Origin: Octopus sinensis
Lineage: Eukaryota
Direction: 5' to 3'
Assembly (NCBI RefSeq): GCF_006345805.1
Contig: NC_043014.1
Span: 31,992,001-32,056,000, forward strand
Length of the DNA stretch: 64,000 nucleotides
A model generated the notes under the pieces. The model worked only from the letters and a program-made list of their open reading frames with translations, was not told where the DNA came from and did not search any database. Shown piece after piece: positions 25,292-37,181 of the stretch (positions within the stretch are counted from its first letter, which is position 1; every line of letters begins with the position of its first letter). The translations under genes were made by a program, and so were the position numbers.

Positions 25292-26173
25292 ATAAGTAAG
25301 GAAAAATTTTTTTAAAAATGCAGAATGCTCAAATGAAAGAAAATTTTAATAAAATGAGAAATTGATAAAATATATAAATATATATTTATTCAACCGGTTT
25401 TCGTCATTGTATGACTTGTCAAGAATATTTATGTTTAAAAAGTTTTTTAAAAATTAGAAAGGGAAAAAAAAGAAAATTGCATTGTTTTTTGCAAAAGAAT
25501 AATGATAAAAATGTACAAAAATTAAAAAATAAAAATTATTTTTATTATAAATGATATGATAATCTGAAATGCAATTGTCTATGCAGATTTATATAATTAG
25601 AAAATAATATAAATAAAGTGTTAAAATCTGAAAGTTAAGTTAACAAGCAATTATATAAAAAAGATAACGCAAATGAAGCTAAAATGATAATTTTATAATT
25701 TGGGTTTTACCAACAGCCCTTATTGAAGAACTCAAAAGAGTTGTCTCCCCTTACTCACAACACAGGAACTGAAGAACCACAATTACTACTACTTCCTGTC
25801 CTGCCAACATCCTGAATTAAACCAAACAACACATGCTCTTAATCCCTTTGGATCCTAATACCTCAAGGTAATTTTTTCGTGAACAATCATTAAACTCAAG
25901 ATACACAACGAACTCACAATGTATCGGAGTACTTATTTTTTCATTTTTGTACATTTTTATCATTATTCTTTTGCAAAAAACAATGCAATTTTCTTTTTTT
26001 CCCCTTTCTAATTTTTAAAAAACTTTTTAAACATAAATATTCTTGACAAGTCATACAATGACGAAAACCGGTTGAATAAATATATATTTATATATTTTAT
26101 CAATTTCTCATTTTATTAAAATTTTCTTTCATTTGAGCATTCTGCATTTAAAAAAAAATTTTTCCGTACTTAT
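25292..26173. mobile_element. Fold-back element with ~240-bp inverted arms, each carrying an HHR-like motif (family H5)
   Basis: 25292-25532 is the reverse complement of 25933-26173; motif TATTC-TTGACAA-GTCA-TACAA-TGAC-GAAA-ACCGGT-T-GAATA at 26038-26078 (+) and 25387-25427 (-). Confidence 0.75.
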
Positions 26174-26215
26174 CATTTCTCCATGTGCGGTCAACACAAC
26201 CCCACCATTTATTGA

Positions 26216-26259
<44 letters not shown>

Positions 26260-26264
<5 letters not shown>

Positions 26265-26445
26265 AGAATTCACGAAAAAAACAAAAGATGAAGACAGGTG
26301 GTGTAGAAAATAAACAGATGTATTAGTATAATGCTCAGGAATTAAAAAAGTCTTTTATGTTTCGAGCCTATGCTCTTCTACAGAAAGGAACACGAAAGAA
26401 ACAAGGAGAGAAATCTTTGTATGAACACAAATGTTCACAGACAAA
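26260..26445 (-). mobile_element. Family H4 element with HHR-like motif at 26351-26388
   Basis: Minus strand: CCTTT-CTGTAGA-A-GAGC-ATAG-GCTC-GAAA-CA-TA-AAAGA. Confidence 0.7.
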
Positions 26446-26456
26446 TATTTCACACA

Positions 26457-26487
<31 letters not shown>

Positions 26488-26744
26488 TCCCTCTCTCTCT
26501 CTCTCTCTCCCTCTCTCCCTCTCTCAGACAGACACATACACAGGTGAAGCCTTAATTGCCTTTTTAGCTCTGATCCTTCTTTCTCTTAACCATCCCCCAC
26601 CTTGTCTCTCTCCTCTCTCTCTTTACTAATAAATCAGTGACTGCCCCACCTCCTCACCTCTATGTCCAACTGTCTAGAAATGAAGTTCCACTATTAAAGT
26701 GCTTGCAGTCTTAAAGGAGTGCCTGCCATTTATTTTTCTCTTCT

Positions 26745-26774
26745 GTTAGTAGTAGTAGTAGTAGTGGTGGTTGA

Positions 26775-26811
<37 letters not shown>

Positions 26812-26950
26812 CTTCTTCTTCTTCTTCTTCTTCTCCTCCTTCTTCTTCTCCTCCTTCTTCTTCTTCTCCTTCTTCTCCTTCTTCTTCTTCTTCTCCTTCT
26901 TCTCCTCCTCCTTCTCCTCCTTCTCCTCCTCCTCCTCCTCCTTCTTCTTT
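26745..26950. repeat. (TAG)(TTG)(CTT)(CTC)n compound microsatellite
   Basis: Direct inspection. Confidence 0.95.
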
Positions 26951-27249
26951 ACATTCATCCATTCAGTCTCATTCTCTTCACGCACACCTTTTTCTCTCTC
27001 TCTCTTCTCCCTTTTTTTTCAATCCATGCTCTTATGGCTATTTTCAAGTGCTAGAACTTCCCAAATTACAAAAGTGGACACAAAGGAAGATCTGTACCAG
27101 CAAGTTCTCTGAAAATGGCTTCATCTCCTGCTACACTTCACAAAAGTCAAACTTAAAAACCAGTTAAAAAAAAACAACAAATAAACAAAAACAAAAAAAA
27201 TAATAATTCTGAACTACCATTAAGATAACTGGTCAACAAGTTTAAAATA

Positions 27250-27600
27250 GAAAACAAACCTGCGACCACAACATGATTCTGTTGTTCCCCTTGTGGTCAT
27301 TGCAATATACTCAAATGAGCTGACCGGAAGGAAATGGCAGATGAGGGAAATTGTTGAGGTAATAAAGTGAAATCAGAAAATGAAGTTGATTGGAACTGTA
27401 GAGTACAAACAAACAAACATAACTGGATTTGTGTTGTACAGTGATTAGAATGCCAGAGAAAGAATTGTGAAATGGATTCTTCAAGCAAAGCCAAATGGCC
27501 GGAGACCTAGGAGTACACTAAGAACAAGATAGTTGGGCAATATCCATTGTCTCGGTCCTTCTTGGGCATGGGCCTGAGAACAGGTGGTACAGAGAGTGCA
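27250..27600 (+). pseudogene. RTE-type LINE ORF2 C-terminal fragment
   Basis: ..ERIVKWILQAKPNGRRPRSTLRTR*LGNIHCLG.. resembles the ILxxKPxGxRPRGRPRxRWxDNI motif; contains stops. Confidence 0.6.
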
Positions 27601-27759
27601 AGTGCAATTTCAGGTAAGTTCACCACCGTCAATTCACTGCAAGGAAAGTTCCCCATCATCAATTAACCTTGAAGAAAGTTCACCATGAGGAAAGTTTACC
27701 GGTAAATTATATCCCTAATATCTCACTCTTTTATTCTTTTACTCTTTATATATGTAATA

Positions 27760-27808
<49 letters not shown>

Positions 27809-27812
<4 letters not shown>

Positions 27813-28036
27813 TTTACTACCCACAAGGGGCTAAACACAGAGAGGACAAACAAGGACAGACAAACGGATTAAGTCAATAACATCGACCCCAGTGCGTAAC
27901 TGGTACTTAATTCATTGACCCTGAAAGTATGAAAGGCAAAGTCGACCTTGGCGGAATTTGAACCCAGAACGTAATGGCAGACGAAATACGGCTACGCATT
28001 TTGCCCGACGTGCTAACGTTTCTGCCTGCTCGCCAC
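27809..28036 (-). mobile_element. SINE family B, full-length
   Basis: Reverse complement of 54545-54773. Confidence 0.9.
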
Positions 28037-28039
28037 CTT

Positions 28040-28284
28040 ATATATGTGTGTGTATATGTTTGTGTGTCTGTGTTTGTCCCCACCAACATTGCTTGACAAG
28101 CGATGGTGGTGTGTTTATGTCTCCGTAACTTTGTGGTTCGGCAAAAGAGATCGATAAAATAAGTACTAGACTTCCAAAGAATAAGTCCTGGGGTCAATTT
28201 GTTCAACTGAATCCCTTCAATGTGACGCTCTCCTGCATGGCTGCAGTCAAATGACTGAAACATGTAAAAGAATAAAAGAGTAAA
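28040..28284 (+). mobile_element. SINE family A, 3' half
   Basis: Colinear with 18170-18386. Confidence 0.8.
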
Positions 28285-28484
28285 TGGATCAGTTGTATCA
28301 TTCATGAAGATGATGCTAACAAAGTATTCTGACAGAATGACAAATGACTGTTGAGAAGGGCAAGCAGGGCAAAATCTCTATAAAGACTTGTTAATCATAC
28401 AAAGGGCTCATGGATCTGCTGCAGGAACTCATCTCTGGCAAGCCAAATTGTAATTATAAAACAGTGCTCAGGTCTTGTGTGAAG

Positions 28485-29158
28485 GCTCATGGCTCAGTGG
28501 TTAGAGCATCAGGCTCACAATCATGAGGTAGTGAGTTCGATTCCTGAACTGGGCTGTATGTTGTGCTCTTCTTGAGCAGGACACTTTATGTCACATTGCT
28601 CCAGTTCACTCATCTGTAGAAATGAGTTGCGATGTCACTGGTGCCAAGCTTTATCAGCCTTTGCCTTTCTCTTGGATAACATCAATGGTGTGGAGAGGGG
28701 AGGCCGGTATGCATGGGCGACTGCAGGTCTTCCATAAACAACTTTGCCCAGATTTGTGCCTTGGAGGGGAACTTTCTAAGCGCAATCCCGTGGTCATTCA
28801 TGACTGAAGGAGGTCTTTATGTATATATGTATGCATGCATACATGTATGTTAAGGTGCATGGCTTAATGGTTAGAGCATTTAGCTCACAATCATGAGGTA
28901 GTGAGTTCGATTCCCAAACCAGGCTGTGTATTGTGTTCTTGAGCAAGACATTTTATTTCACATTGCTCCAGTTCACTCAGCTGTAGATATGAGTTATGAC
29001 ATCACTGGTGCCAAGTTGTATCAGCCTTTTCCTTTCCCTTGGACAACATGGGTGACTGCTGGTCTTCCATAATCAACCTTGCCTGGAATTGTGCCTCGGA
29101 GGGGAACTTTCTAGGAGCAATCCCACGGTCATTCATGACCGCAGGAGCTCTTTACCCT
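28485..29158 (+). mobile_element. Two tandem SINE family C variant copies
   Basis: Heads ..atggctcagtggttagagcat..gtgagttcgattcc at about 28485 and 28855. Confidence 0.85.
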
Positions 29159-29170
29159 CAGTTCTTAGAG

Positions 29171-29626
29171 CAGTGGTTCCCAACCAGTGGTCTGTGGACT
29201 CCTGGTGGTCTGCAAAAGTAAGTACTAGGGGTCTGTGAACATGTTAAGCTGACGGACCATTCAATATTCTGGGGTCCGTGGGAAAACTCATTTAAATATT
29301 GGATTGGAAGCACTCCATCGGTTACAACGACGAGGGTTCCGGTTGATCCGAATCAACAGAACAGCCTGCTCATGAAATTAACGTGTAAGTGGCTGAGCAC
29401 TCCACAGACACGTGTACCCTTAACGTCGTTCTCGGGGATATTCAGCGTGACACAGAGAGTGACAAGGCCGGCCCTTTGAAATACAGGTACAACAGAAACA
29501 GGAAGTAAGAGTGAGAGAAAGTTGTGGTGGAAGAGTACAGCAGGGATCACCACCATCCCCTGCTGGAGCCTCGTGGAGCATTTAAATATAAGGGGTCCTT
29601 GATAGTGCAAAAGTTGGGAACCACTG
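29171..29626. mobile_element. hAT-type MITE with nested SINE C fragment (29312-29583, minus)
   Basis: TIR CAGTGGTTCCCAAC at both ends; 8-bp TSD tcttagag/tcatagag. Confidence 0.8.
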
Positions 29627-29939
29627 TCATAGAGAATGTTCTGCCTGAATGTGTTCTGGTCTTTGAGTTAACTTTTCTATATGAATACACATATGTATGA
29701 TATTGAACATGTACATAAGAGGCAGCATTGAATGAATGTGAAGACGAAGAATGGTAGTGTACAAGAGAATAGGAGCCTGGAAGGAGATTGGGAAAGCATG
29801 AGTTTGTAGCTGGATATACAATGTTGTGCCTGTCTGCTGTTAGACGTAGAAAGAATAGCCGGAACAGCAAATGGTAAACTAGAGAAGGAATCAGAGAATT
29901 ATACATCATTGATATAACTGAGATATGAGAATGTATATG

Positions 29940-29943
29940 TGTG

Positions 29944-30024
<81 letters not shown>

Positions 30025-31545
30025 TGCTTTTGTGTTTGTGAATATGATGTTTGTGTGTATGCAAGTGTGTTTGTGTGTGTATGTGCATGTGTGTATGTTT
30101 GTGTATATGACGTTTGTGTACATATATGTGTTTGTGTGTGAGCGTATGTATGGGTGTGTGAGTGTGTGTGTGTTTATGATGTTTGTGCATATGTATGTGT
30201 GTTTGTGTGTGAGTGTGTGTCATGTGTGAGTGTGAGTGAAAGTGTGTGTTTGTGAGTGGTCACTACAAAAGCTAATTACCTCATACTGTGGATATATATC
30301 TCAGTATATGTATGTATATACATGTATATAGACATGTGTGTATGTGTGCATGTGTATGTGTGTGTGTGTGCGTGAGATACCACAGTGAAAACTAGTTACT
30401 ATGTACTGTGTGTGTATGCATGTGTGTGTACACATTCTATTTTTCTGTTGGTTAAGCACACACAAAATACACACATACACATACACACTCACACACACAT
30501 GCACAAGCTCACACATACATGTACAAACACACACAAATACACTCACAAATGCACATATGTACATACAAACACACACTCACACACTTGCACGTGCACACAC
30601 ACACACACATGGATTCACACACACAGATTGCTAACAATGTTTGGTCATAACTAATATAATGTTAGTTGCTAAGGAATGGTCAGTTTGACAGAAACTGATC
30701 TTTTACATCAATATATTGGTCAGTATGAGACTGATGGTTATGGTGGTGGTAGGTGACATGGTGGTAGTGGTGATAGCAGTGGTAGTGTGGAGGGTGTTGT
30801 GATCTTGGTTGTCGTATAGTAGCAGCAGCAGCAGTAGTAGTAGTAGTAGTAGTAGTAGTTGCAGCAGTGGTAATGATGTTTGTGCTGGTGGTGATGGTAG
30901 TCATGATGATGATGATGATGATGATTGTGATGGTGGTAGTGGTGGTGGTTGAACGCAGTGATTGTGGATGATGATTATGATGATTACGACGATGTTGTTG
31001 TTGTCTATGGTGATGATGATGATGATAATGATGATGAGGACGACGACGATGACAACAACGATGATGATGATGACGATGATGATGACAATGATGATGATGA
31101 TAATGATGATGGCGGTGGTGTTTAAGCTTCTTACTTGTGGTGATGGTGATGGTGATGATTATGATGATTATGATGATAGTGGTCGCAGTTGTAGTGCTGG
31201 TTATACTACTTACTTGCAATGCTGGTGGTGGTGATGATGATGATGGCTATGGTTCAGGTTGTAGTGTTTTGTGGTTGGTGATGACTATAAAAATAATGAT
31301 GGTGGTGGTGGTGGTAGTGATGGTGGTGGCACTGGTGGTGGTGGCACTAGTGTTGGTTTAGATGGTGCTAGGAATAATGGTTAATTGGGAAAGCATTGGC
31401 AGTAGTGATGATGGAAGTGGTGGTAGTAATAGGAATGGTAGTGGTGGTGGTTATGGTGGTGGTTGAGGGGATGGTTGTTGTTGTGGTGGTGGTAGTGGAG
31501 GTAGTGTTAGTAGTAGTACTAGTAGTAGCAGCAGCAGTGATGGTG
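29940..31545. repeat. (GT)n/(CA)n then (GAT/GGT/GTA)n low-complexity blocks
   Basis: Direct inspection. Confidence 0.9.
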
Positions 31546-32524
31546 AATGGCAAGGATCAGTGGTAAGCCGCAGTGAATGGTTTTTAATGGAGAGGTACTC
31601 TCTACTAATCAAATAAATGTGCAGTGACTTAATAAACAGGAGGCCTCACACATTCACAACACATTCACACACACACACACACACATATGCACAGATAAAC
31701 ACACACACACACACATGCACAGATAAACACACACACACACATGCACAGATAAACACATACAAACATATAGACAAACACACATTAACACATGCACACATAC
31801 ACACACTCACACATATACACTCATACAAACACACACAATGTACATAAATTCATGGCTATTAACGAACATACCTGCTTATATTCCCACATACCTGACTACA
31901 AACACACACATAGACACACACACACACATAAACAAATGTACATATAGAAAGATACTCTTACACCTGAATACACATTTTTACATAAGTGCATTATACATAC
32001 ATGTTATTTGCTTTGTGTCAAACAGGCAGAGGTGATTTAACTCATACTTCCAGAAACTCAATGCACCATTGAATCTGAGCAAGAATACATTTATAATTGT
32101 ATTCAATATTTGTTTCCCAACCTATTTTTCTACATGTGTATATCTTTCGCATGTTTATGGAACTTAATACACTTGTAATAGCACCATTTTCAATATTGTG
32201 TACTCTCCATTACATAAACTAATGTTTGTATTGTGATATATTTTGATTTACATTTGGTGATTATAAAGAGAACCAAGAATATCTTTCCTGGTTGTGCACT
32301 TTGTTTATGTAAGGTGACAATGCCCCCGTCTTATATTTTTACTACTAATAACATTAGTGAAATTATATTACTATTGGGACTAAGTTTGGAACCTTGAGCG
32401 AGCTGACATCCTTCATTGTGTCTGGTTCATAATGGTAGCAGAATCTGGTGCTGTGCTATATTTCTGTTGCTTAAATTTTTATACTTAGTGGAAGGTATAT
32501 CATTATTTTATATGGAAAGAATAG

Positions 32525-33050
32525 TGAGCTGGCAGAATCGTTAGCACTCGGGCGAAATGCTTTGCCGTATTTCATCTGCCGTTATGTTCTGAGTTCAAAT
32601 TCTGCCGAGGTCGTCTTTGCCTTTCATCTTTTCGGGGTCGATTAAATAAGTACCAGTTATGCACTGGTACCCATTCAGCCACCCTGCTAGGGATATGGTG
32701 AGGTCATGATAGATTAGGAAGAAGAAGTGGATATAATCAACTTAATCCATTTGTCTGCCCTTGTTTGTCCCACTTATGGGCAATAAAGAAATAAGAATCG
32801 TTAGCACACTGCACTAAATGCTTAGTGGTGTTTCATCTGTCTCAGGGCAATAACTAGCAGAATCATTAACACTGGACAAAATGTTTGGTAGCATTTCATC
32901 TGTTTTTACTTTCTAAGTTCAAATTCTGTTGAGGTTGACTTTGCCTTTCATCCTTTTGGGGTTGATAAAATAAGTAACAATTGAATACTGGAGTAAATTT
33001 CATTGACTTATCTCCCCTGAAATTGCTGGCCTTGTGCCAGAATTTGAAAC
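32525..33050 (+). mobile_element. SINE family B cluster (one copy with a 60-bp foreign insert, a head remnant, an older copy)
   Basis: Alignment to 54545-54773. Confidence 0.85.
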
Positions 33051-33173
33051 CATTATTATATTACTTTCAGGACTAAGTTTGGAACGTGAGCAAACATTCT
33101 TCATTGTGTTGGCTTAACATGGGTTGCAGAATATGGTGCTAAGCCATACTTCTATTGTTTAAATTTCCATGCT

Positions 33174-33400
33174 TACTCTTTTACTCTTTTACTTGTTTAA
33201 GTCATTTGACTGCAGCCATGCTGGAGCACCACCTTAAAGGATTTTTAGTCAAAGAAATAAACCCCAGAACTTATTCTTCATAAGTTGAGTACTTATTCTA
33301 TTGGTATCTTTTGCTAAGTTACAGGGACATAAACACATCAACATCAGTTGTTAAGTGATTGGTGGGGGTGGGGGACAAACACAGATACAAAGACACACAC
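33174..33400 (-). mobile_element. SINE family A, 3' half
   Basis: Colinear with 7415-7630. Confidence 0.8.
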
Positions 33401-33502
33401 ACATAAGTATATACATACACACACACACACACATATATTTCGTTTTGGGATTTGGTTTGCAAGATTCTTTATGTGAGTTCGTGTGTTGAAGCATATTCTA
33501 TT

Positions 33503-33638
33503 GTGTCTGGGAAGAGTCATTTTCTTTTTGTGCCTTATAATTTAACACACTCACCGGTAAAATTTCTACTTATTCCTTATTTACCAGTGAGTGTGTTAAA
33601 TTATAAGGCACAAAAAGAAAATGACTCTCCCCAGACAC
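33503..33638. repeat. ~59-bp near-perfect inverted repeat with ~18-nt loop
   Basis: gtgtctgggaagagtcattttc..ctcaccggtaaa / tttaccagtgag..gactctccccagacac. Confidence 0.9.
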
Positions 33639-33642
33639 GACA

Positions 33643-33697
<55 letters not shown>

Positions 33698-34065
33698 TTC
33701 TATAAATATAAATATAATTATAATTAGGGGTCAGCTAATTGCCTCACCACACACCGAATTTCTGCTACTGTAAAGATCTCCCAGATAGCAACACATTTTT
33801 TTACATAGGCAAAAAGAAAAAATAATGAATCCACATGACTCAGATTCGCTACATACATGTTTCGGGATTAAAATAAAGTTATATTTACTTACTTATTTCA
33901 CCTCTTCAGTGCAGAATTTCAAATATAAATTTGAGAGTGCTAGGATTAAATATGTCTGCGATTGAGCACCATTTCATAACTGATGTCCAACCAACACTTC
34001 CAAAAATATACAGACAAATGTGAACACATATTTATCCTTAATACCCACATATACAATGGGCTTCT

Positions 34066-34243
34066 TTCAAAAGGGGACATTTGTTGGGTTTAGTGAAATT
34101 CTAGGTATAAATACAATGTCTCCCTTACCACATCCAGTGAGGATTTTTGCTTTGGTTATGTGAGGCTGATGTTCAGTCAAAACCATATGTACACCATTAC
34201 ACAATCTTTGCTGATCCAAGTTTCTGAGAAGCATGGGTGATGG
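34066..34243 (-). pseudogene. Helitron RepHel PIF1-helicase fragment
   Basis: PSPMLLRNLDQQRLCNGVHMVLTEHQPHITKAKILTGCGKGDIVFIPRISLNPTNVPF*, matching the MLLRNLDPPxLCNGTRL..ILTGxxKGxxVFIPRI consensus. Confidence 0.85.
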
Positions 34244-34429
34244 TAGTTAAGTTGTGGTTGTGTTGGTAGTAGTGGTAGCAGTATAGATTAATAGGTATTA
34301 GTGGTTGTGGTGGTAGTATTGGTAGCACAATTTAGATGTTCTAAAGAAATGTTAATCCCTAATCTGTCCCACTTGGTTTTCTCTCAAGAGAAAAAGAGGT
34401 AGAGATAGTGAGAGAAGGATACGCATATA

Positions 34430-34474
<45 letters not shown>

Positions 34475-35150
34475 AGATAGTTAGAGAGATAAAGACATAG
34501 AGAGGGACACTGAGGTCTGGTAATGACTTTAAAGGAATAAATGTAGTGTATAAACTTAGAGAAAGTTGGAGGTGGATTGAGTGATAGGTGGAGTATTTTT
34601 TTACTCTGTAAAAAGCATTATGATGAAATAGACAGTATGTGGATTGCTAGAAATAAGAGCCAATACACCACCAACTGGGCCTACCATTCTATTTTTGGAA
34701 AATAAGTTCACAGTTATTTGGTGAATGGTCAAATTAATTTAAATGACACAAAAAACCTGAAATATTATCAATTTTATTTACTGTCTTCAGCAATCAACAC
34801 ATAAACAAACAAACTTTGCTTTTTATAAGAACAGAGATGTGTGTGTTCGTGTGCACACACATACATATGTGCTGGGTATGTGGGTATTTGAAAATAACTT
34901 GCAGAGTGATGACTATGCCCTGCATAGTTATGGACAGCACTTTGGCAAGGCATGGCAGACATTCAGCCACCCTGCTAGGGATATGGTGAGGTCATGATGG
35001 ATTAGGAAGAAGAAGTGGAAGAGCTCAACTGAGCTAATGGTGCTTCTTAAATTGATGCTGAGTGGAGGGATCTTAGGAGATCAACAGTTAGGATCAGCAA
35101 GCTTTATCAAGAAAGTAACTACAATGTATCCATAGGGGTGGCGTCCATGG

Positions 35151-35543
35151 TTACTCTCTTTTATTCTTTTGCTTGTTTCAGTCATTTAACTGTGGCCATG
35201 CTGGAGCAAATCGATGCCAGGACTTATTCTTTGTAAGCCTAGTACTTATTGTATTGGTCTCTTTTGCCGAACCGCTAAGTTACAGGGATGTACACACACC
35301 AGCATCGGTTGTCAAGCGATGTTGGTGGGGACAAACACAGACACACAAGCATATACACACACATATATATACATATAAACGATGGGCTTCTTTCAGTTTC
35401 CGTCTACCAAATCCACTCACAAGGCTTTGGTCGACCCAAGACTATAGTAGAAGACACTTGCCCAAGGTGTCACGCAGTGGGACTGAACCCAGAACCATGT
35501 GTTTGGTAAACAAGCTACTTACCACACAGCCACTCCTACGCCT
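35151..35543 (-). mobile_element. SINE family A, full-length
   Basis: Colinear with 7415-7823. Confidence 0.9.
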
Positions 35544-35853
35544 TCCATTAGTTGTGTCAACAGCTAATGGAAGATTCTCTATGACATAAGCTCCTAATTC
35601 AAATTCATAATAATGGAATTGGATGGTGACAGGGAGTCATGGGAATCTGCGAAAGCAGCCAAAAAATGTACACCCACACATATCAGAAAGGTACATTTAT
35701 AAAGTTACTCCCCCAGCAATCTCTGCACTGAGAAAACAGATGGGATGGTCAGAATTAGAATGCTTTCAATCCAAGATTTGTTTGGTAAAGACTGACCTGG
35801 GTTTCAACAGTAACAATAGAAGTGAATGAATGCACACATGTGCGCGCGCACAC

Positions 35854-35888
<35 letters not shown>

Positions 35889-35894
35889 CAATCA

Positions 35895-36432
35895 TGTTGA
35901 TTTCAAATTTTGCTACAAGGCCTGCAATTTTGCAGGGAAAGGATAAGTTGATTACATCACCTTCAATTCTCAACTGATACTTATTTATTGACCCTGAAAA
36001 GATGGAAGGCAAAGTGGACCTTGGCAGAATTTGAACTCAGAGCACAAATCCAGAAGAAATACCACTAAGCATTTTGTCCGGCATGCTAACAATTCAGTTA
36101 ACTCGCTGCCTTACATATAACATATTATTTCTTTACTGCCCACAAGGGGCTAAACACAGAGGGGGACAAACAAGGACAGACAAACGGATTAAGTCGATTA
36201 TATCGACCCCAGTGCATAACTGGTACTTATTTAATCGACCCCAAAAGGATGAAAGGCAAAGTCAACCTTGGCGGAATTTGAACTCAGATCGTAGCAGCAG
36301 ACGAAATACTGCTAAGCATTTTGCCCAGCATGCTAACGTTTCTGCTAGCTCACGGCCTTTAGAAGAAACAGCACTAAGTATTTTGTCTGGCATGCTAACA
36401 ATTCAGTTAGCTCGCTGCCTTACATATAACAT
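35895..36432 (-). mobile_element. SINE family B: old copy, young copy, and duplicated head
   Basis: 35895-36118 and 36126-36356; ~59-bp direct repeat at 36065-36123 and 36374-36432. Confidence 0.85.
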
Positions 36433-37181
36433 ATATATTAAGTCAGTGTCAAATTAAATGTAGTTTTTATCATTTGAAACCTTGCTGCTTATTGCCTTAC
36501 TATATTCATGTGCTAAACCATTTTGAAGAAAAGATTTTGGTCTATTTATTTATGCCAATGATTTCTGTTTTTGCTGTCTATCCTGCTTTGTTTCATGCCA
36601 TCAAAGTAAGGATAGAATGAAAAAACAAATGGAAACGAATTTGAATGGCTATATTATATGAGATCAAAGTGGAGTGCCAAGCAGTAAAAACTACTCCCAA
36701 TATAAACTAAGGTTTTTGCCAGAACACCATCAAAGACTGTACAATTCAATACTGGTTCTCAAAATTTTATTGAGAAGATAAGAGCCTCGATGATGAGAAA
36801 GAGTTCAGACTATTTTCTGCAATTAATTTCAAGTAGTTGAGAGCCACTGTTGAAGTGGACCTATATACAATCAGTTTCTTTCAATTGCTGTCTTCAGGTT
36901 TATAGACTGAAGACAAGTGCGCAGCTGTGGACATATGTTTCTATCTAAATAGGTGTCATAAGTTGTATTTCTCTTAACTCAATGTTGTTCAGTTTATGCA
37001 AATTATCTAGGCCATAAATATGTTCTACTCATTTTTGTTATAAGTCTATTACCATTGGTTACAAGAGATAAGGTAGAACAATTGCCATACTGATGATGCC
37101 TGTTGAGGCAGAAACACATGATTAAAACATGTTTACAACTGACCCCTTGTCTCCAGACTGTCAATCAATGCTTTTCTTTAA

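Noticed and set aside
25292-26173. Interpretation as a TA-TSD Tc1/mariner MITE
   Set aside because: Not excluded, but down-weighted: the flank is a (TA)n tract, so the TSD is uninformative, and both arms contain an HHR-like motif typical of PLE ends.
37089-37125. CTGATGA-TGCCT-GTTG-AGGCA-GAAA-CACATG partial HHR
   Set aside because: The core and stem II are plausible, but U16.1 is absent and no stem I partner exists downstream. At most a truncated remnant.
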